From NCBI RefSeq assembly GCF_009914755.1, contig NC_060930.1: 64,000 bases of DNA; one strand, written 5' to 3'. Every line of letters begins with the position of its first letter. The stretch's first letter is position 1. The notes beneath the pieces are model-generated. The model was given only the letters and a program-made list of their open reading frames with translations. It made no database searches and had not been told where the DNA came from. The translations under genes and the position numbers were made by a program. Source of the stretch: the human T2T-CHM13v2.0 reference genome, Homo sapiens. This document shows positions 40,133-63,323 of the stretch, piece after piece.

Positions 40133-41098
40133 GTTGGAACCCGTGATCTCCACGGCATTTCTCTTTGCTGTGATGAGGCCACACGTGTATTACAATGAGG
40201 AATGTAATGCTTTACGCAGGCAAATGCATTTGCTTCCTCAGTGGTTTTCAATGTCACTTGCATTTTCTTCCATAGCCTGAAGTGTTTATACAATCATGTG
40301 TATTTAGATTATTGGTGACCCATTATATCAGCCTCAAGACGTGGTTAGCTGTTTGACATCTTACATTTTAGACATGTTGAAGCACTCTAGTGGTTTTCCA
40401 GTTTATTTTAGTAGGCCCTGGACAAAGCTCTGCCATATGTTATTAGGACAACTGCTCTCTTGTTTCATCAACAAGTTATTTTTACTCACTAAACACAGCA
40501 CTGACAGTTTATAGGGGATTCCTGTCTCTTACCTTCAGATGCTAGAAGTTAAGACAGTGGTTGAGCCATGGGATCTTGTCGTAGGAGCTTGTCTTCAAGC
40601 CTGGATTTGAACTCCTTGAGGCCAAGAAATGTACCCGATGCTTTGTTATTCCTCAGTTCCCAGCACAGTGTGTAGCACACGTTAACTTAATAACCGTTTC
40701 TTAAATGAAATACAGTGCAAAGAGGGTAGGTTTGCTTAACAAAAAAGAAAAGGGAAGGGGGTAGATAGGCTTTTAAAAATGTCATGGTACCATGTGGGAA
40801 CTGAGTGGACAACTGGATTAAAGGTCAGAAATGAGTAAAATGTGGCACTTACATTCCAGGAGACGGATGCTCTGCTAGAGAAAAGATGTCACTTCTCAAA
40901 TATAGCAGAGTGAGAGACAGAGTGAATGAAAAATATGAAAAGCTTAATTTTTTTCCTAATGTAAGAGTGAATACGTATATATTCTTGAAATATGGAAAAT
41001 AAAGAAAAGTATAAAGCAAACTCTAAGATAAACATTTTAAAACAGTTTGTAGATTTCTTCCTAATTATTATCTTTTATGTATGCATACTAGAAGGTAG

Positions 41099-41432
<334 letters not shown>

Positions 41433-41764
41433 AGGCTTTGGAGTCTTAAAGCTTTAGAGCCATGTTGGAATCTTAGCTCTTCTTTTGACTGTGTGTATGT
41501 AGGCAAGTAATTTAACCTTTCTGAGCTTCAATTTTCCAATCTGTAAACTGGGAATGCTATTTAGCCCATATGGTTAATTAGATTTATGTATATAAAAAGT
41601 GTGTATATAAAACAATGCCTCTTATTCTGCATATATTGTAGGAAAATGACTACTTATTTTTAGTAATATAATTAATAAAAGTTGAGATCATTTTGCTTGT
41701 ATAGTACTGTTCTCTGCCTTTGAACTTTGTGTCATGAGCATTTCCCCATATAATTAATAATTAT

Positions 41765-41903
41765 TTTTAACTTTTTATTATTCATTTATTTATTGTTTAG
41801 AGACATAGTCTCGCTCTGTTGCCCAGGCTGGAGTCCAGTGGTATGACAGCTCACTGCAGCCTTGAACTCTTGGGCTCAAGTGATCCTCCTGCCTCACCCT
41901 CCC
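41765..41903 (-). mobile_element. Truncated AluJ/monomer
   Basis: Right-arm fragment flanked by ataattaataat repeat. Confidence 0.85.
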
Positions 41904-42160
41904 ATAATTAATAATAGTTGAAATTATTTTTGTGAAATTATATCATATATCACTTGTGCTAATTTCTCAATTTTATGCATTTTTTAATCCCATGATGGAT
42001 ATTTTTGTGAATTAGTAATTTACTTAACTTTTGGTCCTGTTACTTAGGTAGATTTTTAGAAAATATAATTACTTGTTTAACAAATAGACATTTTGGGGAT
42101 CCTTGATACCTTTTGCCTTAGTAAATGCATTATTATTTTTTTTTCCCATCTCCATTCCAG

Positions 42161-42310
42161 TCTCTGGAATCTGTTCTGCGCCACCCGGCAGATAATCGCA
42201 CCCAGATTCGAGAGCTTGGCCAGACTCTGATTGATGGGGGGATCCTGGATGATATAATCAGTGAGAAACTGGAGGCTTTCAACAGCCGATATGAAGATCT
42301 AAGTCACCTG
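42161..42310 (+). CDS. UTRN: UTRN coding exon, 150 nt
   Basis: ttccag|TCT...CTG|gtaaga; [15 protein letters not shown]...EDLSHL. Confidence 0.96.
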
Positions 42311-43285
42311 GTAAGAGTTGGGACATACATGGGTGTTGATTAGGTATTGATGAAGTGGAGCTGGCCCTAAGCTCCATATCATAGAGCTTTAATGTTGGAA
42401 AAATCTTTAATGTTGGTTAAAGTTGGTAACCAATGCTAACAGGGGCATTGAGGGTATTGAAATATTCAGAAAGGAAGAATAGATCTAACACTCTAAGACA
42501 GAACTGGATGATTAAAAAAATTATTTTTGAGATTACTTCTACTTACAAACATTTAATTTTCATTAAGGATCATATGATAGCTGTATATAAGAACAACAAC
42601 TCATACTATCCTAGTAAATATTAGGGCCATGATATTTCACATAAGCTGCTGTGAAAGCCATAGTCTCTTAGTTCATATCCAGGTTGTAACATACATATTC
42701 GTATCACAAATTAGAGAAAGAACATTTCTTTTATAGGAAGGTTGGGTATGAATATTAGGTGCTTCCAAACACATATTAAATAATAACTGTTGATGTTCAG
42801 CCCATGAATAACATCAAGCTTAACCCAAAAGTGCTGTAAATAGTAGTTTGATATGTATGTACACCTATAGAATTTGTTTTAGGCTTTGGAAAAAAAGAGA
42901 CTCTGATGTTTGTGTATTGATAGACATTTTTCTTATGTTTTATATTCTTAATTGGCAGACATTGCTGATTCCTAAAAATGCTTTAAAATTATAATAAATA
43001 ACACATTTTTATCTTCTGTTTAATGCATCTTATGGGAAACCTTTACATTTTTGTATTTCAACATTATATATAGAAAGAAGTAATAATTAGTAATTCAGCT
43101 GCATGGTACATAAGATCCTAGTGGGACATTTTCACTGTTATCATTAGTAATTATTATTTATTTATAAAGAAAGCTAAAGTCTTGGATGAAAGCTTTTATG
43201 GTCTTTTCTTAGTGGCCAGAATATATATATTCTGCTATTTATATTTGTGTTGGGCAACTAATGATTCAATTTCTCCTTTGTGCAG

Positions 43286-43447
43286 GCAGAGAGCAAGCAG
43301 ATTTCTTTGGAAAAGCAACTCCAGGTGCTGCGGGAAACTGACCAGATGCTTCAAGTCTTGCAAGAGAGCTTGGGGGAGCTGGACAAACAGCTCACCACAT
43401 ACCTGACTGACAGGATAGATGCTTTCCAAGTTCCACAGGAAGCTCAG
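43286..43447 (+). CDS. UTRN: UTRN coding exon, 162 nt
   Basis: gtgcag|GCA...CAG|gtattg; [11 protein letters not shown]...VPQEAQ. Confidence 0.96.
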
Positions 43448-43465
43448 GTATTGCCGTGCATTTGA

Positions 43466-44061
<596 letters not shown>

Positions 44062-44133
44062 GAAAAGTCCTGTATATTTTAAATTGTAGTTTTCTTAGCT
44101 GTGAAGTTGGGACAATTCCTTCCTTATAAATAA

Positions 44134-44532
<399 letters not shown>

Positions 44533-44683
44533 TACAAAAACTTATTAAAGCTTCTGTGGAGGTCAACATTATGTAAAATACGATATCATGTATTACACAA
44601 CGATATAGAACTTTTGTATTGTCTCTTTTTATACTTAAGTAAAAAAAAAAGGACATCCTCTCCCCTTTCCAATCTCTTTTTAG

Positions 44684-44812
44684 AAAATCCAAGCAGAGAT
44701 CTCAGCCCATGAGCTAACCCTAGAGGAGTTGAGAAGAAATATGCGTTCTCAGCCCCTGACCTCCCCAGAGAGTAGGACTGCCAGAGGAGGAAGTCAGATG
44801 GATGTGCTACAG
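44684..44812 (+). CDS. UTRN: UTRN coding exon, 129 nt
   Basis: ttttag|AAA...CAG|gtaaag; [11 protein letters not shown]...QMDVLQ. Confidence 0.96.
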
Positions 44813-45541
44813 GTAAAGAAGGCCAGGAGCTTCCTTTTACTTTTCAACTTGTTGGGAATTTTCTTCAAAAAAGAGAAAGAATTGATTACTTGGGCACCGT
44901 TTGTATTCTTTGTGATGTAAACCATGGGATGGGAGTGATGATGTGTTGAAGGTTGCATCCTAGGGCAGCAGAAACAAATTGTTGCATGTGTGGAAAAATA
45001 TGAAATCTGATTTTGATAGCTGAGATGAGAAACAAGAGAGTGAGCCAGATTTAGAAGTTAGCTTTATATACACTTTTTCTTTAATGCAGAGCCTCTGTCA
45101 GTATCGTGTGGCTGATGCTGTGGGCAGGCCGAGCATGAATTGGATGCAGCATCATTTAGTTCTTTCATGGTTGATATGACATTGACTTTCACTCTGAACT
45201 TGTGATGAAGGGCATTTTGAGTTCTAGGTTCCTGAACTATCTTTTTGAACATGAAGTTTTAATTCCAGTGAGGTCAGCTTTATCTAAATTTCTTATCCAA
45301 ATCTATTACTTCTGAGATTGAGACACTGAGTGTTGTAATTTTTGACACTGGGCTATGCAGTTCACTTAGGTGATCGGGTACCCTCACTGAGATTCATTAG
45401 GAGTTTTTTATTTTGGGTCATATTTCTGAATTTTTTTCTTTTGGTACTTTATGGTACAAATTTTTAGTAGTATCTGTTATGCTCATGATGAGAGAGATAA
45501 TCATCCTGATGGGAATTGCATATTTTCATTTCTGCAAACAG

Positions 45542-45715
45542 AGGAAACTCCGAGAGGTGTCCACAAAGTTCCAGCTTTTCCAGAAGCCAGCTAACTTCGA
45601 GCAGCGCATGCTGGACTGCAAGCGTGTGCTGGATGGCGTGAAAGCAGAACTTCACGTTCTGGATGTGAAGGACGTAGACCCTGACGTCATACAGACGCAC
45701 CTGGACAAGTGTATG
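45542..45715 (+). CDS. UTRN: UTRN coding exon, 174 nt
   Basis: aaacag|AGG...ATG|gtgagg; [22 protein letters not shown]...LDKCM. Confidence 0.96.
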
Positions 45716-46599
45716 GTGAGGCTTTTGGGTGATTGGCACATCCAGTGGCTTTTTCAGCAGCTGTTATGGCTTGGTCTAGCAAGTACATGCCTAGTGTGTC
45801 CAGTGATCACTAGTCTACAGTGTGCTAAACATAAGGATTGATGATGGAAAACGTGTTAAAAAATAAGAAGTGTGGTCTTTCCCTCCAAAGAAATTAGAAG
45901 AGATAAGAGAGATAGCTAAGGAAACTAGAATAGACATGTATATAACATGATGACAAAAACCAAAACAAAAGAAATACAGCTTAATCACCATGTGAAGTTA
46001 GGAGGGCTTCAGCAGAGTGTGACTAATAAGCAAAGTTTTCAAGGATAAATTTGAATTAGCTAGAAGAACCATACTTAGAATGGATATCGTAAAAATTCCA
46101 TTTTCTAGGAAAATAAAAATTTCAATAGAAATTTAAACCTTAAGATAGGAAAGAAGAAATGATATATAAGGCCTTATTACTTTTTTAGTCTTGAACTTTA
46201 TAATTCAATTGAATAGAAATTTAAAAATAATGTGGCTAAGGGGACACAATCTTAGAATTAGTGTTCTGCTTGAGAATCACAGAACTTAAGATGAGACTCT
46301 TTAGGACAGGAGAGGTATAGGGACAGTTCTTTGTGCTTTTCAAAACAAAGGATAAATTTTAATATATATGTGCATGTATGTAAGTATTTATTTGATTATT
46401 GTGACATAATGGTAATCAGAGAAAGTGCTGTCCTTGACTTCATGGAACATACATAGTTCAGGGGTCTGTTACATGACAGCGTCCTATGAGATGTTGAGAT
46501 GATGATGTATAGGTGTCAAGAGAAGCTGTTTAGAATAAAGCTTTTTGGTTTCAGGTAACTAGGAAGAAGACAGCTCTGAATTTGACCTACAGAACTACG

Positions 46600-47370
46600 A
46601 TTTCTTTTTTTATATTTAAATTTATTTTTATTTTTAATTTTTGAAGACTTTTAGGTTCAGGAAGTACATGTGCACGTTTGATACATGGATATATTGTATG
46701 ATGCTGAGGTTTGGGCTTCGACTGAACCCATCACCCAAATAATAAATGTAGTACCCAATTGGTAGTTTTTCAGCTCTTGCCCCTTTCCTCCTTCCCTCCT
46801 TTTGGAGTCCCATTGTCTTTGCTTTCCATCTTTATGTGCATGTGTGCCCATTGTTTAACTCCCACTTATAAGTGAGAACATTTAGTATTTGGTTTTCTGT
46901 TCCTGAATTAATTTACTTAGGATAATGGCCTTGAGCTGCATTCATGCTGCTGCAAAGGACATGATTTCATTTTTTATGGCTGTGTAGTGTTCCGTGGTGT
47001 ATTTGTACCACGTTTTCTTTATCCATTCCCCCATTGATGGGCACCTAGATTGATGACATGTCTTTGCTATTGTGTGTAGTGGTGTGATAAACACGGGAGT
47101 GCATGTGTCCTTTTGGTAGAACGATTATCCTCCTTTACTTATATACCCAGTAATAGGATTTCTGGGTTGAATAATAATTCTATGTTTAGTTCTTTGAGAT
47201 ATTTCCAAACTGCTTTCCCTAGGGGCTGAACTGATTTACAATCCTACCAACAGTGTATGGTGTTCCCTTTTCTCTGCAGCCTTGCCAGCATCTGTTGTTT
47301 TTTGACTTTTTAATAATGGTCATTCAGACTGGTGTGAGATAGTATCTTATTGTGGTTTTGATTTGCATCA
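46600..47370 (-). mobile_element. L1PB-like 3' fragment
   Basis: tacatggatatattgtatgatgctgaggtttggg...tgtggttttgatttgcat. Confidence 0.9.
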
Positions 47371-47430
47371 GAAATCTGTTTACTTATAGTTATATACATC
47401 TTGATATATCGAGTTTTGTATTTTTTATCA

Positions 47431-47635
47431 TACAAATTATATATGTTCATTGTGGTAGACTTAGTACTTCTGAGAAATAGAAATAAATGTTAATAATTCC
47501 AAATCCAACAGACAGCAGTAGCCAGTGTTGGCTTGTTTTAGTCATAACATGCAAGATTTTTTAAAAATGTAATTTTAATTGTGATAAACATTCTGTTTTT
47601 AGTCCTAATGTTTTCCCATTTTATGTAGGAAAAAT
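47431..47635 (+). repeat. ~200-bp direct repeat, copy 1 (copy 2 at 48703-48736 plus 50324-50503)
   Basis: atatatgttcattgtggtagacttagtacttc...gtcctaatgttttcccatttYatgtaggaaaaat shared. Confidence 0.93.
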
Positions 47636-47913
47636 ATTTATATTATCAAGTACTTTCATAAGCATTTGTCTGAGATTTTGAAAGAATGAGCATAAACTCT
47701 ATTAGTTTATTTTCTTGTCAGATTTGAAGAAGTTATTACAAGCTTGATTTCATTTGACTCGACCTTCAGACCAAATCTGAGAAAGATGATGGCCTTTGAT
47801 CACCATAGTTAGGTCTTGGCTGTCAATCTGTGTAAGCTGTGGTCTGACATGATGCCAGTTGGCAAGTTGTCACCACAGTGTGTAATTTGTCTTTTTCTTT
47901 GTTTGTTTTAAAG

Positions 47914-48069
47914 AAACTGTATAAAACTTTGAGTGAAGTCAAACTTGAAGTGGAAACTGTGATTAAAACAGGAAGACATATTGTCCAGAAACAGCAAACG
48001 GACAACCCAAAAGGGATGGATGAGCAGCTGACTTCCCTGAAGGTTCTTTACAATGACCTGGGCGCACAG
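47914..48069 (+). CDS. UTRN: UTRN coding exon, 156 nt (AAG acceptor)
   Basis: ttaaag|AAA...CAG|gtgagg; [14 protein letters not shown]...NDLGAQ. Confidence 0.95.
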
Positions 48070-48094
48070 GTGAGGAGAGCAGCCCCACAGCTCA

Positions 48095-48150
48095 TCTCTC
48101 TGTCTCTCTCTCTCTCTCTCTCAATCTCTCTCTCTCTCTCGTTCTCTCTC
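48095..48150. repeat. (CT)n microsatellite just downstream of a donor
   Basis: Seen directly. Confidence 0.9.
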
Positions 48151-48300
48151 ATGTATTTTTAAATTTCATTTTTTGGAAAATGCATGTTTGAAAATTATGA
48201 GATTCATACGTGTTTTCAATTTATTGTAATAATTGTTATATTTCTTTAAATGTATGTGGTAATATTACAGTGATTCATAGTTACATAGAAATTTATTTTT

Positions 48301-48647
<347 letters not shown>

Positions 48648-48736
48648 CTAATATTTATACTTTCAATGGCTACTGATATTCCATAAATTATTCTAAGGAT
48701 ACTACAAGTAATATATGTTCATTGTGGTAGACTTAG

Positions 48737-50319
48737 TGTGTCTGGAATTGGTGGGTTCTTGGTCTCACTGACTTCAAGAATGAAGCTGTGGACCCTCGTG
48801 GTGAGTGTTACAGCTCTTAAGGTGGCGCATCTGGAGTTTGTTCCTTCTGATGTTCGGATGTGCTTGGAGTTTCTTCCTTCTGGTGGGTTCATGGTCTTCC
48901 TGGCTCAGGAGTGACGCTGCAGACCTTTGCAGTGAGTGTTACAGCTCTTAAGGCAGCGCATCTGGAGTTGTTCGTTCCTCCCAGTGGGCTTGTGGTCTCG
49001 CTGGCTTCAGGAGTGAAGCTGCAGACCTTTGCAGTGAGTGTTACAGCTCATAAAAGCAGTGTGGACCCAAAGAGTGAGCAGTAGCAAGATTTATTGCAAA
49101 GAGCAAAAGAACAAAGCTTCCACAGTGTGGAAGGGGACCCGAGCGGGTTGCCACTGCTGGCTCGCGCAGCCTGCTTTTATTCTCTTATCTGGCCCTACCC
49201 ACATCCTGCTGATTGGTAGAGACGAGTGGTCTGTTTTGACAGGGCGCTGATTGGTGCGTTTACAATCCCTGAGCTAGACACAAAGGTTCTCCATGTCCCC
49301 ACCAGATTAGCTAGATACAGAGTGTGGACACAAAGGTTCTCCAAGGCCCCACCAGAGTAGCTAGATACAGAGTGTTGATTGGTGCATTCACAAACCCTGA
49401 GCTAGACACAGGGTGCTGATTGGTGTGTTTACAAACCTTGAGCTAGATACAGAGTGCCAATTGGTGTATTTACAATCCCTTAGCTAGACATAAAGGTTCT
49501 CTAAGGCCCCACCAGAGTAGCTAGATACAGAGTGTGGATTGGTGCACTCACAAACCCTGAGCTAGACACAGGGTGCTGATTGGTGTGTTTACAAACCTTG
49601 AGCTAGATACAGAGTGCCGATTGGTGTATTTACAATCCCTGAGCTAGACATAAAGACTCTCCACGTCCCCACCAGACCCAGGAGTCCAGCTGGCTTCACC
49701 CAGTGGATCCCGCACCCGGGCTGCAGGTGGAGCTGCCTTCCAGTCCCGCACCGTGGGCTTGCACTCCTCAGCCCTTGGGTGGTCAATGGGAGTGGGCGCC
49801 GTGGAGCAGGGGGTGGCACTCATCAGGGAGGCTCCGGCCGCACAGGAGCCCATGGAGGGGGTGGGAGGCTCAGGAATGGCGGGCTGCAGGTCCCGAGCCC
49901 TGCCCCGCAGGAAGGCAGCTAAGGCCCGGTGAGAAATTGAGCGCAGCGCCGGTGGGCTGGCACTGCTGGGGGACCCAGTACACCCTCCACAGCCGCTGGC
50001 CCGGTGCTAAGTCCCTCATTGCCTGGGGCCGGCAGGGCCAGCCTGCTGCTCCGAGTGCGGGGCCCGCCAAGCCCACCCGGAACTCCAGCTGGCCCACAAG
50101 CGTGGCGCGCAGCCCCGGTTCCCGCTCGCGCCTCTCCCTCCACACCTCCCTGCAAGCTGAGGGAGTGGGCTCTGGCCTTGGCCAGCCCAGAAAGGGGTTC
50201 CCACAGTGCAGCGGTGGGCTGAAGAGCTCCTCAAGTGCTGCCAAAGTGGGAGCCCAGGCAGAGGAGGCGCCGAGAGCGAGCGAGGGCTGTGAGGACTGCC
50301 AGCATGCTGTCACCTCTCA
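48737..50319 (-). mobile_element. Solo LTR12C (ERV9 LTR), full length 1583 bp
   Basis: Termini TGAGAGGTGACAGC...CCAATTCCAGACACA on - strand; 4-bp TSD ttag (48733-48736, 50320-50323); tandem CCAAT-containing units. Confidence 0.95.
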
Positions 50320-51189
50320 TTAGTACTTCAAAGAAATACAAGGGAAAAAATAAATGTTAATAATTCCAAATTTCAATGGATAGCAGTAGCCGGTGTTGGC
50401 TTTTTTCTAGTCGCAACATGTAAGATTTTTCTAAGTGTAATTTTAATTGTGAGAAACATTCTGTTTTTAGTCCTAATGTTTTCCCATTTCATGTAGGAAA
50501 AATGGGAAATAATAATCCCTGTAAAAACTCAAGTTGTTGGTCCTTAGATTTCTAAATTGAACAGTCTACCGAGAAATGTTAAAACATCAGGGCTCTAGTA
50601 AATAACCAGTGGCAAGAAGTTCACATTAATCTACCAGGATTTGAAATCCTGGCAAGAAATATCTCTAATTTGGGCATTTTAGTGAATCCATGCAGGAGTT
50701 GTTGAGCATTTACTGTGAGTGAATGAATTTTTGCCCTGAAACCAGGAGAGCAAAGAATGTGTGGAAGTGTGAAACCTTAATAGGTAATATTGAAAACCCA
50801 TGTTTGATAGTATTTTGGATCCTCCTTCAGTTAGGAAATATTAACTACTTCCAGTTGAGGTAATATTGAAGTTTCTATATAAGCCCAGAGAAAAATAGCT
50901 GAAATTTTGTTTTCAGTTGAAATCAGAACGACCAGTTTATACTTTTTCTGGGTGATTTTGATCTCACTTCTGCAAGCTTAGATTGTTGATGTGATACATT
51001 TTGATGTATTACATGTCTGGAACACACACCTTAGAGCTTCTTTTTGGAATTATACAGCTGGTTATTCGTTAAATATTATTATATTTATTCACTGACTGGG
51101 CATTTTATGAATGGAATGGTATTGCTGGTTTTTGCACTAATTCTCCAATTGTGACTATAATTTTAGTATTAATTAATTTTATCATTTAA

Positions 51190-52810
<1,621 letters not shown>

Positions 52811-52994
52811 GAAGCCAGAATGGCATGGCTCAATCCAAAGATTGTACCACCCTGGCCTTGGCCTTAACCTCTTTAAGTTTCATTTTCATTATCCATAAAG
52901 TAGAAAGAGGCTTTGTGAATTTTATTGCATACGTGTGTAAGATTCCTTAGCACAACACGGAAGCTGTATTAAGAGCTTGGTAAATGTTAGTTAA

Positions 52995-53586
<592 letters not shown>

Positions 53587-53869
53587 CATACCAATCTTTT
53601 GAGGGCTATACCTCTGCCAGTATCACTTAGGAAATTAATGATAGAGCTAAGATGAAAACCCAGGATTGCCTGGCACTTAACCACTACAGCATATTGCCTC
53701 CTTGCAGAAATGCAAGCTTAGAGGATTCTAAGGTGCTAAGACAAAGGTTATGTATGTCTTGGGGGTTATATATGAATCAGTTTGGATCTTTAGTTAACAT
53801 TCTGATTCATTCTCATTTATGTTCATTCCCATCTCAGTCTCAGTCTCTCCCTGCCTCTCTCCGTCTCAG

Positions 53870-54040
53870 GTGACAGAAGGAAAACAGGATCTGGAAAGAG
53901 CATCACAGTTGGCCCGGAAAATGAAGAAAGAGGCTGCTTCTCTCTCTGAATGGCTTTCTGCTACTGAAACTGAATTGGTACAGAAGTCCACTTCAGAAGG
54001 TCTGCTTGGTGACTTGGATACAGAAATTTCCTGGGCTAAA
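53870..54040 (+). CDS. UTRN: UTRN coding exon, 171 nt (DMD exon 34 paralogue)
   Basis: tctcag|GTG...AAA|gtaagt; [12 protein letters not shown]...EISWAK. Confidence 0.96.
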
Positions 54041-54224
54041 GTAAGTTGCAGTTCAGATGAAACACCAGCATGATGCCAGCGTAACATGGCATTTGTTCGG
54101 GCGACCTGGTTGGATACCATGTCCCTCCATTTTATATTAAATCTAGCCTTTTCTTTTTTGCATTGTTTTTCCACTTCTCTGTCCTAAGAAAAAATATTTT
54201 AAAAATAATGATTATATTTTATTT

Positions 54225-55078
54225 TCTTTATAATTTCTACTTTTAGATTAAGGGGTACACATATAGGTTTGTTACATGGATATATTGTGTAATGCTGAGG
54301 TTTGGGGTATGAATGATCCCATCACCCAGGTAGTGAGCATAGTACCCACTAGGTAGTTTTTCAGCTCATGCCTCCCTCTGTTTCTCGCCCCTCTACTAGT
54401 CCCCAGTGTTTATCGTTCCCTTCTTTATGGCCTTGCGTACCCAATGTTTAGCCCCCACTTGTAAGCGAGAACGTGGTAATTGGTTTCCCATTCCTGCATT
54501 AATTCACTTAGGATAATGGCCTCCAGCTGCAACCATGTTGCTGCAAAGGACATGATTTCATTCTTTTTTATGGTTGTATGGTACTCCATGGTGTATATGT
54601 ATCACATTTTCTTTATCCAATCCACCATTGATGGGCACCTAGGTTGATGACATGTCCTTGCTCTTGTGAATAGTGCTGATGAACATATGAGTGCATGTGT
54701 CTTTTTGGTAGAACAGTTTATTTTCCTTTGCCTATATACCCAGTAATCAGATTTCTGGGTCAGTAATCAGAATTCTGTTTGAAGTTCTTTGAGAAATTTC
54801 TAAACTGCTTTCCACAGAGGCTGAACTAATTTACATTCCCACCAACAGTATAAAAGTGTTCCTTTTTCTCTGCAACCTTGTCAACATCTGTTATTTTTTG
54901 ACTTTTTAATAATAGCTATTCTAAATGGTGTGAGATGGTATCTCATTGTGGTTTCAATTTGCATTTCTCTAATGTTAGTGATGTTGAGCATTTTTTCGTG
55001 TGTTGTTGGCTGCTAGTATGTCCTTTTTGAAGTGTCTGTTCATTTTATTTGCCCACTTTTTAATGGGGTTATTTGTAA
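54225..55078 (-). mobile_element. L1PB-like 3' fragment
   Basis: Colinear with the 46600-47370 element. Confidence 0.9.
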
Positions 55079-56871
55079 AACAGCTCTTTTAATAAGATAT
55101 TTTTATCCTGATTCCAAAAGCATTACATTCATGGATCATCAAGGCCTTTATAGGTATTATTTTTATATAGTACTTAAAAGCCTAATTCACCACCTTTAAA
55201 ATCAATGACACATATTTACAGAGTGTTTACAAAGAATTGTGCTGAGTTTAATTCTTCTTTAATAACATTTTAAAACCAATAAGTAATCTTTCTATTGCAA
55301 ACTTTCAGATGTAAAGAACTTAGGAATAGAATTTTAAAAAATCAATACAAGAGTTTTCTTTAACCCTGTACTTTGAAATCACAGAGATTAGAAAGTTGAT
55401 TTGCTGGTTCTGGCTTCTGCAGTAGAGAAAGAATTGAATGGAACATGAGTGGTTCTTTTAACAAGGCATTCTGTTTTCCTAAATCTCTTTCCTGAGAAAG
55501 AAGCGAGTATACTAGTGGGAAGTGCTGAATATAAATGATCAATACTGTGACTGATGTTTATATAAAGCCACAAGTATCAGTTTGACACCCTCTACAGCTC
55601 TACACGTTTGCTGTGGGCCTTGAGGAGAAGGTGCTGAGAGGTTGTGGGGTGACACAACTCCTGCTTACTTTGAATGCTCTGTGGAGATGACAGCTGGGAG
55701 AAAGTTAAGATAGTAGACACTGGAAAGACTATTCTCAGTTTAGAAAAAAGCTCATGAAAAGCGTGATCATGCCATGAGCAGTGTGAGTGTAAAGGAAGTG
55801 AAGAAAGGAATGTATGAGGGAAATGAGCATTGCAAGTCATCGGTGTGTTGTGGTTGAATGCAAAACAAAGGCACCAAACTTTATTGTTGTTAAATTTAAG
55901 TTTTTCAAGGACATATTATCATCCTCGTGCAGTATACTTTGAAAATCATTACTTTTTAAATTAGTAACATAAGTAATAGAAGCTATTTGAATGAAATTTG
56001 CCTAGTGTAATACAAAAAAACAGGAGCAAAAATCACCTATAATCAAACAATGCTATTTTTTTTCATTTTTTTGAGCACATTTCGATGTGCACATGCAAAA
56101 GCATATATTTAAAAATAAATTTTGTTGTAACTAGTATTTATTGACCTTCTTTTAAAAACTTACATCTTTGGCATTTTTCTTTACCTATACTTGTTTTTAT
56201 ATAGCATATTAGAGATATGCATAGTATTTCATTCTTAATTTTTTTATTTTCTCATTTCTCTATTCATGTCCATTTAAATTATTACCATTTTCATTATTAT
56301 AGATAACGCTATGGTGAATATATTAAACCATATCATACATTCATAATTATTTCCTGAGGATAAATTCTTAACCCTAAAAGTATTGATCAAGGGACAGGAA
56401 TATATCCATTTTTAAGTCTTATACATATTATGCAATTGTTCTTCAGAAATAGTGCACCTACCACATGCGAATGAGAATTTCTACTTGACATCATGTTTTG
56501 GTTATTTAATTAGAACATTTTTGACAAGTTTATAGGTCTTCTATAGCGCTGTTAAAAATACCGCTTTTTACTCTAATTCTGACCATTTTTTATCACCAAA
56601 TTGGTCTTTTAATTTGGAGCTTTTTATCTGTTCTGATTATCAATGCTTAGTGAGTTGTGTTTGATTGCAAACAAATTTTTTTATTACTGTAGCTTCCTTT
56701 TTTGTTTTTTTAAGTTTTATTTTTTTTTTGAAAAAAAGTAAATCCTTCTGAATATTTTTTAATGAACAAAATCCATCTTTTTCTTCATTATTTCTGCCTT
56801 TAGTGCTTAGAAAGACCACCTCAACTCCAGGTTCATTTAATTATTCACTTTTTTTTTCTACTAGCTTTTTT

Positions 56872-63308
<6,437 letters not shown>

Positions 63309-63323
63309 TCTGCTAGCTCTTTT

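Noticed and set aside
42311-43285. Internal promoter equivalent to DMD Dp260 in the paralogous intron
   Set aside because: No recognisable first exon, CpG enrichment or promoter signature in this 975-nt AT-rich intron.
45682-45689. Full CRE palindrome TGACGTCA in an exon
   Set aside because: Explained by Pro-Asp-Val-Ile codons; one 8-mer in 64 kb is expected by chance.
45413-45841. 142-aa ORF as a separate gene
   Set aside because: It is the 174-nt UTRN exon read through into flanking intron.
49250-49660. Regularly spaced repeats resembling a CRISPR array
   Set aside because: These are LTR12C U3 tandem units; spacers are not unique and the DNA is primate.
49703-50323. 206-aa and other ORFs in the GC-rich region
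   Set aside because: Lie wholly within LTR12C; GC-rich stop-poor sequence, no recognisable protein.
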